Assembly (NCBI GenBank): GCA_951406725.2
Contig: OX597835.1
Span: 46,624,001 to 46,688,000, forward strand
Direction of reading: 5' to 3'
DNA from: Octopus vulgaris
Lineage: Eukaryota
DNA length: 64,000 bases
Positions 38,195-51,765 of this stretch are shown piece by piece. The notes beneath the pieces are model-generated. The model was not told the DNA's origin, searched no databases, and worked only from the letters and a program-made list of their open reading frames with translations. The position numbers and the translations under genes were made by a program. The first letter of the stretch is position 1; every line of letters starts with the position of its first letter.

Positions 38195-39603
38195 TCGACA
38201 ACATTCTTGTAGAAGAATAATATACATATCATCATCATTTAACATCTGCCTTCCATGCTGGCATGGGTGGGACGGTTTCACAAGAACCAACCAGGCAGAA
38301 GCCTGCACCAGCCTTCTGTGACTATTTTGGCAAAATTTTTACAGCTGGAAACCCTTCCTAGCACCAACCACTCAGCTGAGTGGACTCAGTGCTTTTACCT
38401 GGCACAAGCACAGGGGAGGTCAGGTTTGACAAGGTTTATACTGCAGGATGCCCTTCCAAACACCAACCACTTTACAGTGTGGACTGGGTACTTTTTAAGG
38501 GGCACCTGCACTGACAGGGTCACAAAATACTTGCAAGACAAAAAAAACAAACTTTCACGAGGGAAGGAGGTGATCTTGTGTTGGATGATGAAAGGTTATA
38601 GTGAGACAGATACAGGTGTCTTGCTGTAGGGGAAGTACGAGGTTACCTGGCCAAAGAGAGAGAAATCAAGAATGAAGACAGAAACCTATATATATATAAG
38701 CATCATCCTCATCATCATTTATCACCCATTGTCCATACTGGCATGGGTTGGATGGTTGACCAAGCTAGCATGCAGGAAGGCTGCACCAGACGCCAGTCTC
38801 ATTTGGTATGGTTTTCTACGGCTGGATACCCTTCCTTATGCCAACCACTCCAAGAGTGTAATGGGGTGCTTTTACATGCCATTTACGTGACACTGAGGTG
38901 CTTTTACTTGCCACTGGCATGTGTGCCAATTTGTGTGTCACCAGTATCTGCCACAACTGTGATTTTGCTCGGCTTGATAGGTCTTCTCATGCACAACATA
39001 ATGCCAAAGATCTTGGTCGTTGCCTCCGTGAGGCCCAAAAGGAACTCAGCCACCACATCACAGGTGTATATTCTGGGTGTGTGCTGCACACCCATTGAAG
39101 ATGGAAATTCTAATATGATAATGAGTGTAGTGTTTATATATATTTGTCCAAAATCATGCAGTAGGAGTGAATGGTGAAGTGATAGGAGAGAAAATAGTAA
39201 TTCAGTGGAGGAGAGGTAGTGAGAGTAATAGCCATAATGGAGTGGAGTGAGGCAAAGTGATAGCAATGAGAGAGAGGAAGTGGCAAAGAGAGTGTCATGT
39301 GTCTTGTACTATAATAATGTCCTGTAGCAATACTCTTGTGTATTTCTCCATCATGAGAAAGTAAGGGGTGATCCACTGATGGAAGAGGATGGCAAAAAGT
39401 CAACGGAGAAACAAAAATCAAACAGCATTTCAACTCTGTGTGAGTATATGTGTGTGCGCGTAAAAGGGAGGAATATGAATGTTTGTATATATTTTGTGTA
39501 AAATATATTTATATATTTGAGTGAGTGTATATGTGTTTGTGTATGTTTATTTAGAAAGATACATAGAAAATAGAATTACAAGCACACACGCATTAACACA
39601 TAC

Positions 39604-39658
<55 letters not shown>

Positions 39659-40145
39659 GTGACACATTTAAAAAGGAAGGAAGCGGGCTCTGACAAAGTA
39701 TAAAAAACCACATTCACTACAGACTGTACTACTCACACATATAAATGTATACATATACACACACAAACAGACACACAGTTGAAACACAGTTGAAGCACTG
39801 TTTGATTTTTTTTCACCTTTTTGTGCCCTTTTTTTATATAAAATACTACAATTAGCCATCATTTTTCAGAGCACCGGGTCAGCTAGTTTATCATAAATAT
39901 TAACCTTAGTCATTAATTTAATCACACATCTTAATGGAAAACTTTTGTTATACCCCTGCTTGAAATTTGGTGACATTGGGTGTGGCAGCACATCCATTAG
40001 ATCAGCCACCCTATGCCACTGACATACATACGTTTATATATATATAATTAATAAAAAAAAAATTAGGTAAAACACAAGAAAAAACAACACGAGGATGTGG
40101 TACATGCAAACTATTAGCAGACACTCAAGGAAGGAAAGAAAGGTA

Positions 40146-40180
40146 GTTTTACATTTTGAGCAAAGCTCTTCATCAGAAAC
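40146..40180 (-). ncRNA. Minimal hammerhead relic (GAAA mutated to AAAA)
   Basis: Minus strand reads gttt CTGATGA agagc-ttt-gctc AAAA tg TA aaac; perfect stems I and II. Confidence 0.55.
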
Positions 40181-40261
40181 AGGAGACAGGAAAGTCCAAG
40201 GGAAAAGGAAGATGGAGGAAAAAAATCGCCAACAATCCACATGTGGTTATACTGTGAAATG

Positions 40262-40301
<40 letters not shown>

Positions 40302-41047
40302 ATATATATGATGGCGTTTGGTGCCACACTGGAACTGAACCATTGTTGGGAAGCGACCTTCGTGACTACACAAGCATACCTACATCTGTGACTTGAGGAA
40401 ATGAATGAAAGCCATAGTGCTGTTGGAAATAACTATTCCTTGTATTTAGCATTTAATTTTTCATTGGAATGGCCATGTCTGGAATCAGTTTTATCATAGA
40501 TCTGCTTAAACAAGCCTGATTTTGTATGAAACAACATCAGCATAACAAAAAAACATAAAATTGAAATATGTATATTTATTCATTTTTAAAAAATATTAAA
40601 TTTTTGAATAAGATATATATATGCTTGTATTATATCATTTTATTTTATAAATATAAATGTAAATATCTACAACATTGTAATATATAAATTTTAAATATAT
40701 ATATCGGTGCACACACCGATGCCATCAAAATATATTTTCTTAGAATTTTTTCCCATTGCTATAAACTTGTTTTTATAACAAAAATGAAAACAAAAAAAAA
40801 AAACAAAAATAAATACGAATAACATATATTTTCAAATATTTAAATCACCGGATCTCTCTAACTCATTCTCTCTCCTAAAAGTATACAACATTTTTGTGGA
40901 ATATTTGCTTTTAGATTTACAAAATTGAAATGCTCACCCACACACATACTTCATCACTTTTGAGAATTTATTTATATATATAAGAAAATTATGAAAATGG
41001 AGATATGGCATTAATGTAATTTATTATCTGCAGAAATCCAATATATT

Positions 41048-41126
41048 CTCTTACAGCTGTTTCAAAGCCTAAAAGATTAAATAGTAATAATTAAATCATT
41101 ATATTAGGCAAAATCTCATCAGAGGG
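41048..41126 (-). ncRNA. Type I hammerhead motif, left arm
   Basis: Minus strand reads ccct CTGATGA gattttgcctaa...ttaggcttt GAAA cagctg TA agag. Confidence 0.65.
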
Positions 41127-41209
41127 GTAGAAAAGATATACTGTTAAGTTATTAGGTGTTGCATTTTCAAATCACCTCAGCAGACTGTCTAACGGTATAC
41201 CTTTTCTAC

Positions 41210-41291
41210 CACTCTGATGAGATTAAGCCTAATATAATGATTTAATTATTGCTATTTAATCTTTTAGGCTTAATTGAAACAGCTGTAAGAG
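41210..41291 (+). ncRNA. Type I hammerhead motif, right arm
   Basis: cact CTGATGA gattaagcctaa...ttaggcttaatt GAAA cagctg TA agag; 12-bp stem II, palindromic ACAGCTGT. Confidence 0.72.
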
Positions 41292-43296
41292 AATATGTTG
41301 GATTTTTGGAGATACTAAATTATATTAATATCATATCTCCATTTTCTTTATATTCTTTTGAATGATTATAAACCAAGATTTATATTTAGACCTATTATTT
41401 TTTGAATATCATTATTATTCACAAAAAATATTAGGCAATGAACCAGTAATTCATTGGATATTACTGTCCCTTAATGAGGCTAATTTAACCTCTAATTGAA
41501 TACATATATATTTTTTTTATATATGTATACACACACACTCCAACTTAAAAGGCTTATGACACCATGAAACATGACTTTAAAATGACTTAACAGTTTCTAT
41601 AAGGTGGTGCAATTAAATTAGACAAGACCAGGGCCAATTTTGGCCAAAATGTATTGAAGTTTATAACCATGCCTTATATATATATTAATGGACACATTAT
41701 ATATTTTTATAAGCTGCTAATAGTATCAGACGGCATTTTATAGCACGTCTGGTGCCTTCATGCAATCTTTAGGCTCTGCTCACATAAAGATTGCTTGCGG
41801 GCATGAGACGTTTTGTAAAATGCTGTCTGTGTCGTTTTCATTGCATTAAATTATTAGTAGCTCATAAAAATATATATTGTGTTCGTTAAACAATATTTTT
41901 TATTGATCTTACCTTCACAGAACATACTATACATATATATTTCAATTATAATATAAAAGGATAAAAACTTTTATCAGTGGCCAGCGTATAAAAAGATAGA
42001 CCTATTAAGGTGAAATCAGAAATACAATTATAATTAAAGGCATAGAAAAAAATTCTTGCCTATATGCTGAAAGGAGACGCTAAATTGTCGAGCCTTTGGG
42101 TTAATCCAGAAATTGGCCAATCCAGAGATTACTGAATTTTATGAATTTCCATTAGCTTGCTCCCCCAATTTTCGACACGTGTGGAATAATGATAGTGATG
42201 ATATTTAATGTGGTTCGACAAGTTAGCATCTCATTTCTGCATAAAGGCAAGAATAATTTTCTCTGCCCTTAATTTATAATTATATGTATATAATTTATAT
42301 AAAATAAAAGCTTCCTTAAGATTTATAATATAAAATGAATCAAGTTTATCAGTTTGCTTTGTGGGAACTAATTTCTTTAAAAATGGAATATTTATAGACG
42401 AATCTAGTTTTCATCTTGAAAAGAGAGTTTTATATACTTTAAACAAAAGGAATTACTCTTGAGAGAGAAAATGCAAGTAAATGTCGTCTTTAATTCTGGA
42501 CACAAGCAGTAAGTTGATTCAGTATTTAGCACAAAATAAATAACAGCTTATACTGGATTGAATATTAAGAAAAATAAGAAGAATTACTGGTGGTAGATAG
42601 GCATTATCAAAAATCTCTGAGCCTAATGTGTTTCAATTTATTCTGTTTATAGATTAGAGCCAACACAGGCAAGATCAATGTAGTGTAAATCTTCTAAATT
42701 ATGTGATATGTTAATGAAAGTATTTTATTAAGCCATTTTAATGTGATGATGATCTTGTCTGATTGTAGTCCATTGATAGCTTACCCGGGGCACAGAGAAG
42801 AACTTCCTTCGTGTAGAACAAAATGAGAGCATTTTTTTTAAAATCAAAAACAGAAGTAGGTCCAGTAAAGTCTGTAGAGTGCAAGCTCTATGAGCTCATC
42901 CTTTATCCATAGACACAGCAGCATCGGCCTTCTACAAACTTTGACCACATACAAACCTATTTCTTCTCGGTATTAATTCACAACTCAACTCCACGCAATG
43001 TTCATGCATGCTGAGTTTTTTGTGAAATTGTTGTTCCTATATTCAGCATAATTTTATATATTTGTTACTTCCTCTTCCATTTATCAAGAGTAATTCCATT
43101 TGTCTTAATTATATAAAGCTCTTTTTTTAAAAGTTATTAATGCTGATGTGAAATGAAAATTAAAGAAAATGTGTATCTTTTGTAATATCACATAATTCTC
43201 TCTCCAACGTTATTCCAGCATGGAGCCCTGATGAAACAGGTGGTTAGCTTTTATTTATACATATACTCACATGTACATATATATACATAGAAACAT

Positions 43297-43329
<33 letters not shown>

Positions 43330-44291
43330 CACATGTATTTACAGACATACATACATACGCTTGAGTGTATGCATCGACAGTTCAACTAGCACACCAACTC
43401 AACCACTTATTTGCAAACACTGGGTATTCCCTTTACTCAAAATTCTTCCCACTTAGCAACTGACTTGATTCAGAAAAATCACCTACATACATACATGTGT
43501 GTGTGTGTGTATCATTTCATAAACACAGGATTTAAATATGAACGGCTGTTAGTTTCATGCTTTGATGGTACTGTAATTGAACAAGCATGTATAGCTCCTC
43601 AGGTCTCAGAAAAATTGAAGGATAAGTAGAAGCACACTATACTAGCTTATCCAATTACTATACTGTCAGATCATGAAACTTATTGCAGCTGACATTTTAA
43701 TCATGAGTTTATTAAATGATATTCATCTCTTGGTGGATAAACGACATTTTTTGTATTGACTACCAATAACAGAACAGTATGTTATATATCATCATCAGTG
43801 TCATGGACTATCACTAGTTTTTATAGCTATACTTGCTGGTGTACCAGCACAGTGTTTGAACTGTTAATACTTAAACCTAGAGGTTTGGTTCATTAGTATG
43901 ACTCATACTCTACTCCAATGCCCAGTGCAGTTATGCTAGAGGAGCATCAAATCATGGGATAGGCCTGTGTGTGGAATACTAGTCACATAATAGTATTTAA
44001 TAAAATACAGAAAGCATTTTGGATTTCAAGCTTTAAAAACATACATGGTTGCTGGAGCTGCCATTGTTGGGGCTGTTGATGTCACTTTCCTTCACTCCTC
44101 TCAACTGAATATGTAAAGGAATGTTTAAGAGTGTACGTGAGTATTTGTATCTGTCTATAGCTGTATGATAAAGTGTGGTCTTAACGTTTCCATCATCTGT
44201 TTACTTTCACCTTCTACCCTGGGTTCTGATGATAATTTGCAAGACCAGAATATATTTTGAGCAATTTAACATTATATTTTGTATTTTTGCT

Positions 44292-44367
44292 AAATACCGA
44301 TGAGGTGTATTGATAAGATTATATAGTTTTCAATAAAAAATTAAGCTGTTGAAACACATGTATGTTT
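44292..44367 (+). ncRNA. Decayed hammerhead-like motif (CCGATGA core)
   Basis: aaata CCGATGA g...t GAAA cacatg TA tgttt; stem I pairs, stem II poor. Confidence 0.35.
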
Positions 44368-45470
44368 TATAAAGTATAAAATACTATATATGCTTTCTGT
44401 ATTTTTTAATGTGATATGAATGATTATATATATATATATATAATTATATATAATCATATCAATTTTATGTTTAATGTAAACATATGGTGTATAAGAAATG
44501 TCTATATTAGATAATGATATCAAAAATATATTTCTGAATTGTATTGAAGGTCTATAATTTGGGAGCAGTTGATGAAATTCACCTCAGTACTTAATTCTAG
44601 GTACCTTAAATCATCTGAAACCCCATTTGTTATGGAGATCCTTTCTTCTATTTTTTGTAACATTGTTGTTATTTTATCAGCATTTTACATCCACTTTTCA
44701 ACCTGGTATGGATTGGAGGAGTCATCACAATCCATATCAGTTACTGACTATAAATCCCAGTTGTTTTTGTTTTGCTTTGTTATTTGTTTTGGTTTTTTTT
44801 TGCTATATTGTTATCATTTATTTCAATGTGTAGCCAAGATCCCACATTGTGGCATCTTGACCAAATGTTTTTACTACAGCCTTGGGTCAATCCAGGCTTT
44901 GTGAATGCAATTTCAGTGAGCAGAAACCACTGAGAAGTCCATCTGGTTGAGTGTTCCAGCAATCCAAAGGCCTAACCTTGTCATATTTGCATCACACTGA
45001 TCATGTCTGAGAATTATATGAATGGCATGCATGTCTGTGGAATACTCAGCTATGTTGTTCACTAATTCAATAAGTTGTCCAATCAACTGAACATCAGGGC
45101 ATTCACACACTAAAATCAATGGCAGAAGTTCATCATCCAGTGATAATGACTTTTCATCGTTATTGATTTCATGTCTTATTAATTATTACTTTAGGATATA
45201 TTTTCATCATTATTGTCAGGTATTGTTAATTATTGCTCTCATCATCAGTGACCTCACCTGTTTACTCCACATATCCCACAGTTCCTTGTTGTTATATTAT
45301 TGTGTTACATTGTTAGCTATTGCTCTTTTCTTTTAATTAATTACCATTGTTGTTCTCAGCCTTTTAATCAATGTGAATTCCTCGACGTTTCTTCTTTGTC
45401 ATTCTCATTCTACCATTGTATGGTCCCCAATATCTTGAACACTCATGGACAATAAAAGAAATTATTATTA

Positions 45471-45519
<49 letters not shown>

Positions 45520-46949
45520 TTTTTCATCGTCATGCTTGTAGTTGTTGTCATCACATGGTTGTAGTTAAGCCTCGAATATTACAGTGCAGTTGACTTTGCT
45601 ATTGTTGTTGTTGTTGTTGTTGTCGTCGTCGCAGTCATGCCTATGCTTGGCTGGAGTGCTTTTCAAACATCCTGTGTGATGAGAGGTACAGAACATATTT
45701 CACATGAGAGAAATGTATTCAGACAGGAGATAAGGAAACATGGAGAGTAAGGAGAGAGGTTGCAGTAAGAGGGGAGTTGGTTCCAGCAGAAACAGGGGGT
45801 AGAGAATCAGGTAAAATGGTGAGGTACTGCTAAGACATCTACAGGGAAAATGGATATAAATTAGAAATAGTAAAAAAACATGTAGTTTCAATGGGGCACC
45901 GGGTTTGGCAAGATAGGTGGGTTGGGGGTTCTTCTGGGTCAGAGAATTGATACCATGTGAACTCTGCTAAATGCTCCATAAGGACCAGGTAATTGTGTTA
46001 AACCAGTTGGCATATGAAATTTGGTTTGTATATACATTAGTAAGAAGAACAGGAGGAGGAGGAAGAAGGGAGGAGGAGGAGGATGAGAAGGAGGAAGAGG
46101 AGATGAAATGTCCAAGAGTTTGGGGCTCAAACCGCTTCAAGTGATCACAGATAAGTGGGATTCAGATAGTAAAATGTTTAGTTTGAACAAACTAAACTAT
46201 GGTTCATGTGTGTGTATATCTCTGCATGTCAACAGAGTAATGTTTAGAATCAAGAATCCAAAGAACAGAACCTCTATTATGGTCTCTGCATAATCTATGA
46301 GTGGATTGCTTGATCTGTTAGAAAAAGCAGCAACCAAATGTCCCTCAAAGCAACGCTTACCATAAATGATAAAGCGGATAACAGAGTCTCACATAAGAGA
46401 AATGTGTCTGAAAATAGATGGGCTGGTCATGGTTGGAACATTGTTGTGCATGGGTCTGCTGGATTGAGGGTTGATTTGGTGGCTATGCACCTACAAACTG
46501 CTTCATAAACAAACCATCTTTCTGATTATATCTTCCATATAGACACATTCTTCATTTGAGATGGTGAAAGTTTTGAAAAGCAAATTTGTCTTCTTAAAAA
46601 AATGGAAGGGCATATTGAACTGTGATCTTGGGTGCACTATATCTAAGATTATGGTGGGATGGTCACCTATGATCTTGGGTGCACTATATCTAAGATTATG
46701 GTGGGATGGAAAACCTATGAATCATAGATCTGTTGTTCAAATAGAGCTGATCTGGGCTAAACAACAACAAATACCTCAGCCTGCAAGAAATAACAGCTAC
46801 ATCTCTCTCAAATTGCACCCTACCATCCAATAAAAAAACAAAGGACCATGTAATCCTAACTGCACAAAATGACAGGGTGGTCATGACTGGACTACTTTAG
46901 TCAGAGATGACCTGGGGTTTAACAACAACAACAACAACAGCAAAGAAAT

Positions 46950-46955
46950 TTTATT
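46950..46955 (-). promoter_or_regulatory. Candidate polyadenylation signal for the UCP gene
   Basis: Minus-strand AATAAA about 1.15 kb past the stop, followed by a TG-rich tract. Confidence 0.4.
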
Positions 46956-47272
46956 AAATGCCACAAGTGTGTCGTTTGTGTTTCTCCAGTTCAAGTGAGG
47001 AAATACTGTTTTGGGAGCAAGGGGACTTCACCGGCATTTTCTCATTGTATTAGTAGAAGGGTTAGCAACAACCATACATGACTGCGTTGTCAAGAAGTTC
47101 ACTTCGCAACCAGAAGGGTCCAGGGTTCAATTCCAGTGCTTAGCCTCTGGCACTCTGGGTTGATGTCATGAAGTTTGGCCTTGATTTGATCATTGCCTTG
47201 TCAGAGGAATTTGAGAGACAGAACCTTGTTTGCAAGCCCAAGGTGCAGGTGTACATGCATGTATGTATATAC

Positions 47273-47325
<53 letters not shown>

Positions 47326-48105
47326 TGTATCCAGGCAAAATATGTAAATATCAATTACAAAAATAGCAAATTGGTGCAGCTTCAAATAAAGTCTTATGCC
47401 TTGTAATATTTGTTCTGCATCAAGTTACAGACACGCCCTTGTGTCTTTCTGTCTGTCTGTCTCCCTCTCTAGCTCTGTCTGTGTTTCTCAATGTCAGAAA
47501 TTCAATGAACCAATCAGTTATTGATTCCTGTGTTCAACCAATCGTAGTATAAAATGAAATTTAAAAAAAAAAAAATAAATAGATGAGTGTCAGTAGCAGA
47601 AATAGGATGAGAAGGAGGAGGAGGAGTGATAGTTAGTATTGATGTGCTACTGAAAACTGTTCCTTTGGATGAAACTTTCAAACTGATTCTTAGACAATAA
47701 TGTTTGCTAAATCCTCATCTTTGCATTCGGGTAAATAATTCCTCAAAGAGCACAAAACAGCTTTTGCTTGTTTTTTAATTTTTTTTTTCCTTTTTTTTTT
47801 TTTCATATTTTATTTTTATTTTTTTTCATTTCCTCTTTTCTTCTCTTGGTCAGAATATACAAAGGAGAAGACAACGGAAGTAAGAAGAGGCATTGACTGA
47901 TTATTCAAGTAAACGGTCGTAATATAATTAGCGGTAATGATGATGATGACGGTGGTGGTGGTGGTGGTGGTGGTGGAGAAGATGATGATGAAGATGGTTG
48001 TGGTTGTGGTGGTGGTGGTGGTCGTCATCGACGTTGTAGTGGTATAATAAAGTAAAAGAGGTCAATGAAAGCTGGATAAAGAGGTGGTGGTGGTGATGGT
48101 GGTAT

Positions 48106-48214
48106 CTAATGAGCCAAGACTTGCCTATTGTTGGTTAGAATTCTCTTAATTTGTTCATAACAGATGAACATAACAATATTCCATGAACCAAGTCGCAGGA
48201 AAGAAGGGAAAAAT
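48106..48214 (-). CDS. UCP2: UCP exon 5: [35 protein letters not shown]
   Basis: tttcag acceptor; [17 protein letters not shown] signature; TAG stop. Confidence 0.93.
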
Positions 48215-48277
48215 CTGAAACGAGAACAAAGACAATTATATATATATTGATATACATACATGCATATGTGTGTGCGT

Positions 48278-48328
<51 letters not shown>

Positions 48329-48418
48329 GGACAATATATAAGGAAAACTTAGCAAGAAATTGTCAGGTAATAGCGTAAAAACCTCATATATATATATACA
48401 TACATTTATACATCAGAA

Positions 48419-48460
<42 letters not shown>

Positions 48461-48870
48461 CATATATACATACATATATATTTATATATATAATATATAT
48501 ATATACATATATGTGTATATATACATATATATATATATATATAATATATATGATACATATATATATGTATGTGTGTAAATATACATATATATATATGTAT
48601 ATATATGTGTGTGTAATATATATTTGTATATGTATATATATGTATATATATATATATGTATATATATATATGTAATACTTGTGCATTCAGAAGCATCTCT
48701 TTAGTCATCCTAAGACGATTTAGTTATTTAATAAACAGAAGTCAATAAAAAGTACAGAAAGTAAGTATTGCAGTTGGTATGACTCTGAACTTTTGGATGC
48801 ACTGCCCCAGTATGGCCACAGGCTAGTGATTGAAACCATTTGAAGAACAGAAAGAATTAAAGTCACTCAC

Positions 48871-49153
48871 CCTTTGTAGAATGCAATAAAACCACCTTCT
48901 TTAAACATTTGCGAAGAACAGTTTAAGACTCCGGTATATTGGCCAGCACTGGAATTCATGTAACGAGTTTTCACTACATCTACAGGAGATGCCACAACAG
49001 TGGCACAGAAACCCGCTCCTATTGCTGACACAAAATGACAGGGTAAATTGTCTGAGAGGAAATTTCTGGAGATAATGAAGTTTTTGACAATATCATAGGT
49101 GACCAACTCTGAGCAGTTGATGACAACATTTCTGGCAATGTTAGGAACCATTC
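48871..49153 (-). CDS. UCP2: UCP exon 4: [20 protein letters not shown]...[12 protein letters not shown]...AFYKG
   Basis: Third carrier signature PVDVVK; AG/GT. Confidence 0.95.
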
Positions 49154-50330
49154 CTGAAAGAATGCAAAAGAAAGAAAATCCATGGAGCAAGGACAAATAA
49201 GATATTAGACATTAGATGGACCACCAAGTTAAGAAAGAAAAGAGTAGCTGAATAAAATTGAATTCCTTTAAAATTTAATTAATTTGAAATTAATTTTACT
49301 ATACTCTACAATTCCCAATTTCATTTCTTCTCCATATTCTTTCTTTTACTTGTATCAGTCATTTGACTGCGGCCATGCTGGAGCACCGCCTTTTAGTCGA
49401 GCAACTCGACACCGGGACTCATTCTTTTTGTAAGCCCAGTACTTATTCTATCGGTCTCTTTTTGCCGAACCGCTAAGTGACGGGGACGTAAACACACCAG
49501 CATCGGTTGTCAAGCAATGCTAGGGGAACAAACACAGACACACAAACACACACACATACATATATATATATACATATATACGACAGGCTTCTTCAGTTTC
49601 CGTCTACCAAATCCACTCACAAGGCATTGGTCGGCCCTGGGGCTATAGCAGAAGACACTTGCCCAAGATGCCACGCAGTGGGACTGAACCCGGAACCATG
49701 TGGCTGGTTAGCAAGCTACTTACCACACAGCCACTCCTGCGCCTTGTTTAGATTTAAAACAATTTTTCTTTAGATACCTATATATATCATCATCATCATC
49801 ATCATAATCATCATCATTGTTTAATGTCTGTCTTCCATGATGGCATGGGTGGAACATGTATATGTGTATTTGTGTGTATACAAGAGTTAAGGAATGGAGT
49901 AGATAAGATCTGGGTTATATGTGGTTCATAGCGAGCGGAACCTTGAAAGTGGTATATATATCCAAGCGAGGTGTATACCACAGGCTGATCTTCAGGTCAA
50001 GGATGTCTTGATTAAATTAAAGTTTACGTTGTTACAACGGGGTACATGTTGACGCAGGGAAGATTCGATCAGAATGTGTAGAGAGCAGAGCACGGGGTGG
50101 GGGGGAGAATGTAAATGTAGAGAGAGAGATAAAGATAAAAGAAGGAAAAAAGAAAAAAATATAAGGGAGTGGCTGTGTGGTAAGTAGCTTGCTAACCAAC
50201 CACATGGTTCCGGGTTCAGTCCCACTGCGTGGCATCTTGGGCAAGTGTCTTCTGCTATAGCCCCGGGCTGACCAATGCTTTGTGAGTGGATTTGGTAGAC
50301 GGAAACTGAAAGAAGCCTGTCATATATATG

Positions 50331-50361
<31 letters not shown>

Positions 50362-51330
50362 ATATGTTTGTGTACGTCCCCGTCACTTAGCGGTTCGGCA
50401 AAAGAGACCGATATAATAAGTACTGGGCTTACAAAGAATAAGTCCCGGGGTCGATTTGCTCGACTAAAGGCGGTGCTCCAGCATGGCCGCAGTCAAATGA
50501 CTGAAACAAGTAAAAGAGTAAAGAGTAAAGAGAGTGTATATATTTCTGATGAGCTCTCGTGTTCCTTTATGTGATGAATATTCTTGTCTCTGTGTAGTTT
50601 ATGAGTTCAATTATTTGAAGAAGAACAATTTTAAAGATAACAACAAAAGAAACAAAAACAAGACGACACAACAACAAAGAATTTTCCAGTTAAAATTGTA
50701 GGGTTAAATTTATGAATGAATCCATAGAATTAGCCGTCTCCTCTCTCTCTCTTTGATTGTCCCTCTCATAAAGGGAGAAAACATTTAATTTATTTCCCTT
50801 AGTCATTGTATCCTAGCTAAAGTGTGGACAAGTTATATTACAACTGTAATTAATTGATAGTTAAACAATATCATTGTTATTGATAACATATATTAATTAC
50901 AAATATGCAAATGACATATTTGCTTTAATAAATATTTTTATTTTGAAAATTGATACTCATTCTATTATTATTCATCCATCTATTTATCTTCTTTGTCCAT
51001 TCTACCTGGGAGGTCATGAGGAGAGAGTCCTCACTCACCTCCATCACAGGTTCCTATCAGAAGCAACTTTCATTAGACTTTCCAGCTGGATTCCCCAGGG
51101 CAACCAACTGAGACCGTAGATATTAGCCAAGCATCTCATTCTTGTTGGCTTAGCTTCAAGAACCTGTTTTGTGATTCTTTCCTGAGACATTCTAGTTAAT
51201 ACCAGAGCTGTGATCTCTTAATGCGACAAAGCAGTGGTTTGACTGGAGGAACTCCAAGTTATGCATCCTATTGTTATTCACTCACCATGAAATTTAAATA
51301 AAAGTAAAAGTATTATAAGCATACTCAGGC

Positions 51331-51630
51331 TAGTCCAACCCAGTCAAAGTGTTAAACCCTGCCAAATTGTCCAACCCAGTCAAACTGTCCAACCCACTCA
51401 AACTGTCCAACACGGTCAAAGTGTTAAACCCTGCCAAATTGTCCAACCCAGTCAAACTGTCCAACCCACTCAAACTGTCCAACACGGTCAAAGTGTTAAA
51501 CTCTGCCAAATTGTCCAACCCAGTCAAACTGTCCAACCCAGTCAAAGTGTTAAACTCTGCCAAATTGTCCAACCCAGTCAAACTGTCCAACACAGTCAAA
51601 GTGTCCAACCGAGTCAAACTGTCCAATCCA
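51331..51630. repeat. 18-bp-unit minisatellite with 72-bp higher-order repeat
   Basis: Units GTCAAACTGTCCAACCCA / GTCAAAGTGTTAAACCCT / GCCAAATTGTCCAACCCA. Confidence 0.85.
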
Positions 51631-51765
51631 TGTCCATTTTGAACATGGAAGTTAAATGATGATGATGATGATGATGATTTAAGGTTGAATATTTTTTCTT
51701 TAATTTTATTGGAAATTTCTAGAATTTAGAGAAGACCGATTAAAAATACTTTTTTTTTTTGTTAC

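Larger units (their letters stand above)
40993..41346. repeat. Fold-back with two divergent hammerheads
   Basis: 40993-41146 is the imperfect reverse complement of 41190-41346. Confidence 0.85.

Noticed and set aside
46623-46709. 47-bp-period direct repeat (similar ones at about 53606-53650 and 56010-56132)
   Set aside because: Ordinary local slippage duplications
37058-48106. Functional coupling of NADSYN1 and UCP (NAD and mitochondrial metabolism)
   Set aside because: Convergent neighbours about 11 kb apart with no sequence evidence of shared regulation
51330-51642. LRR-like ORF (LTGLDSLTGLDNL) or CRISPR-like array
   Set aside because: 18-bp minisatellite with no unique spacers, no cas genes and no splice support; eukaryotic context
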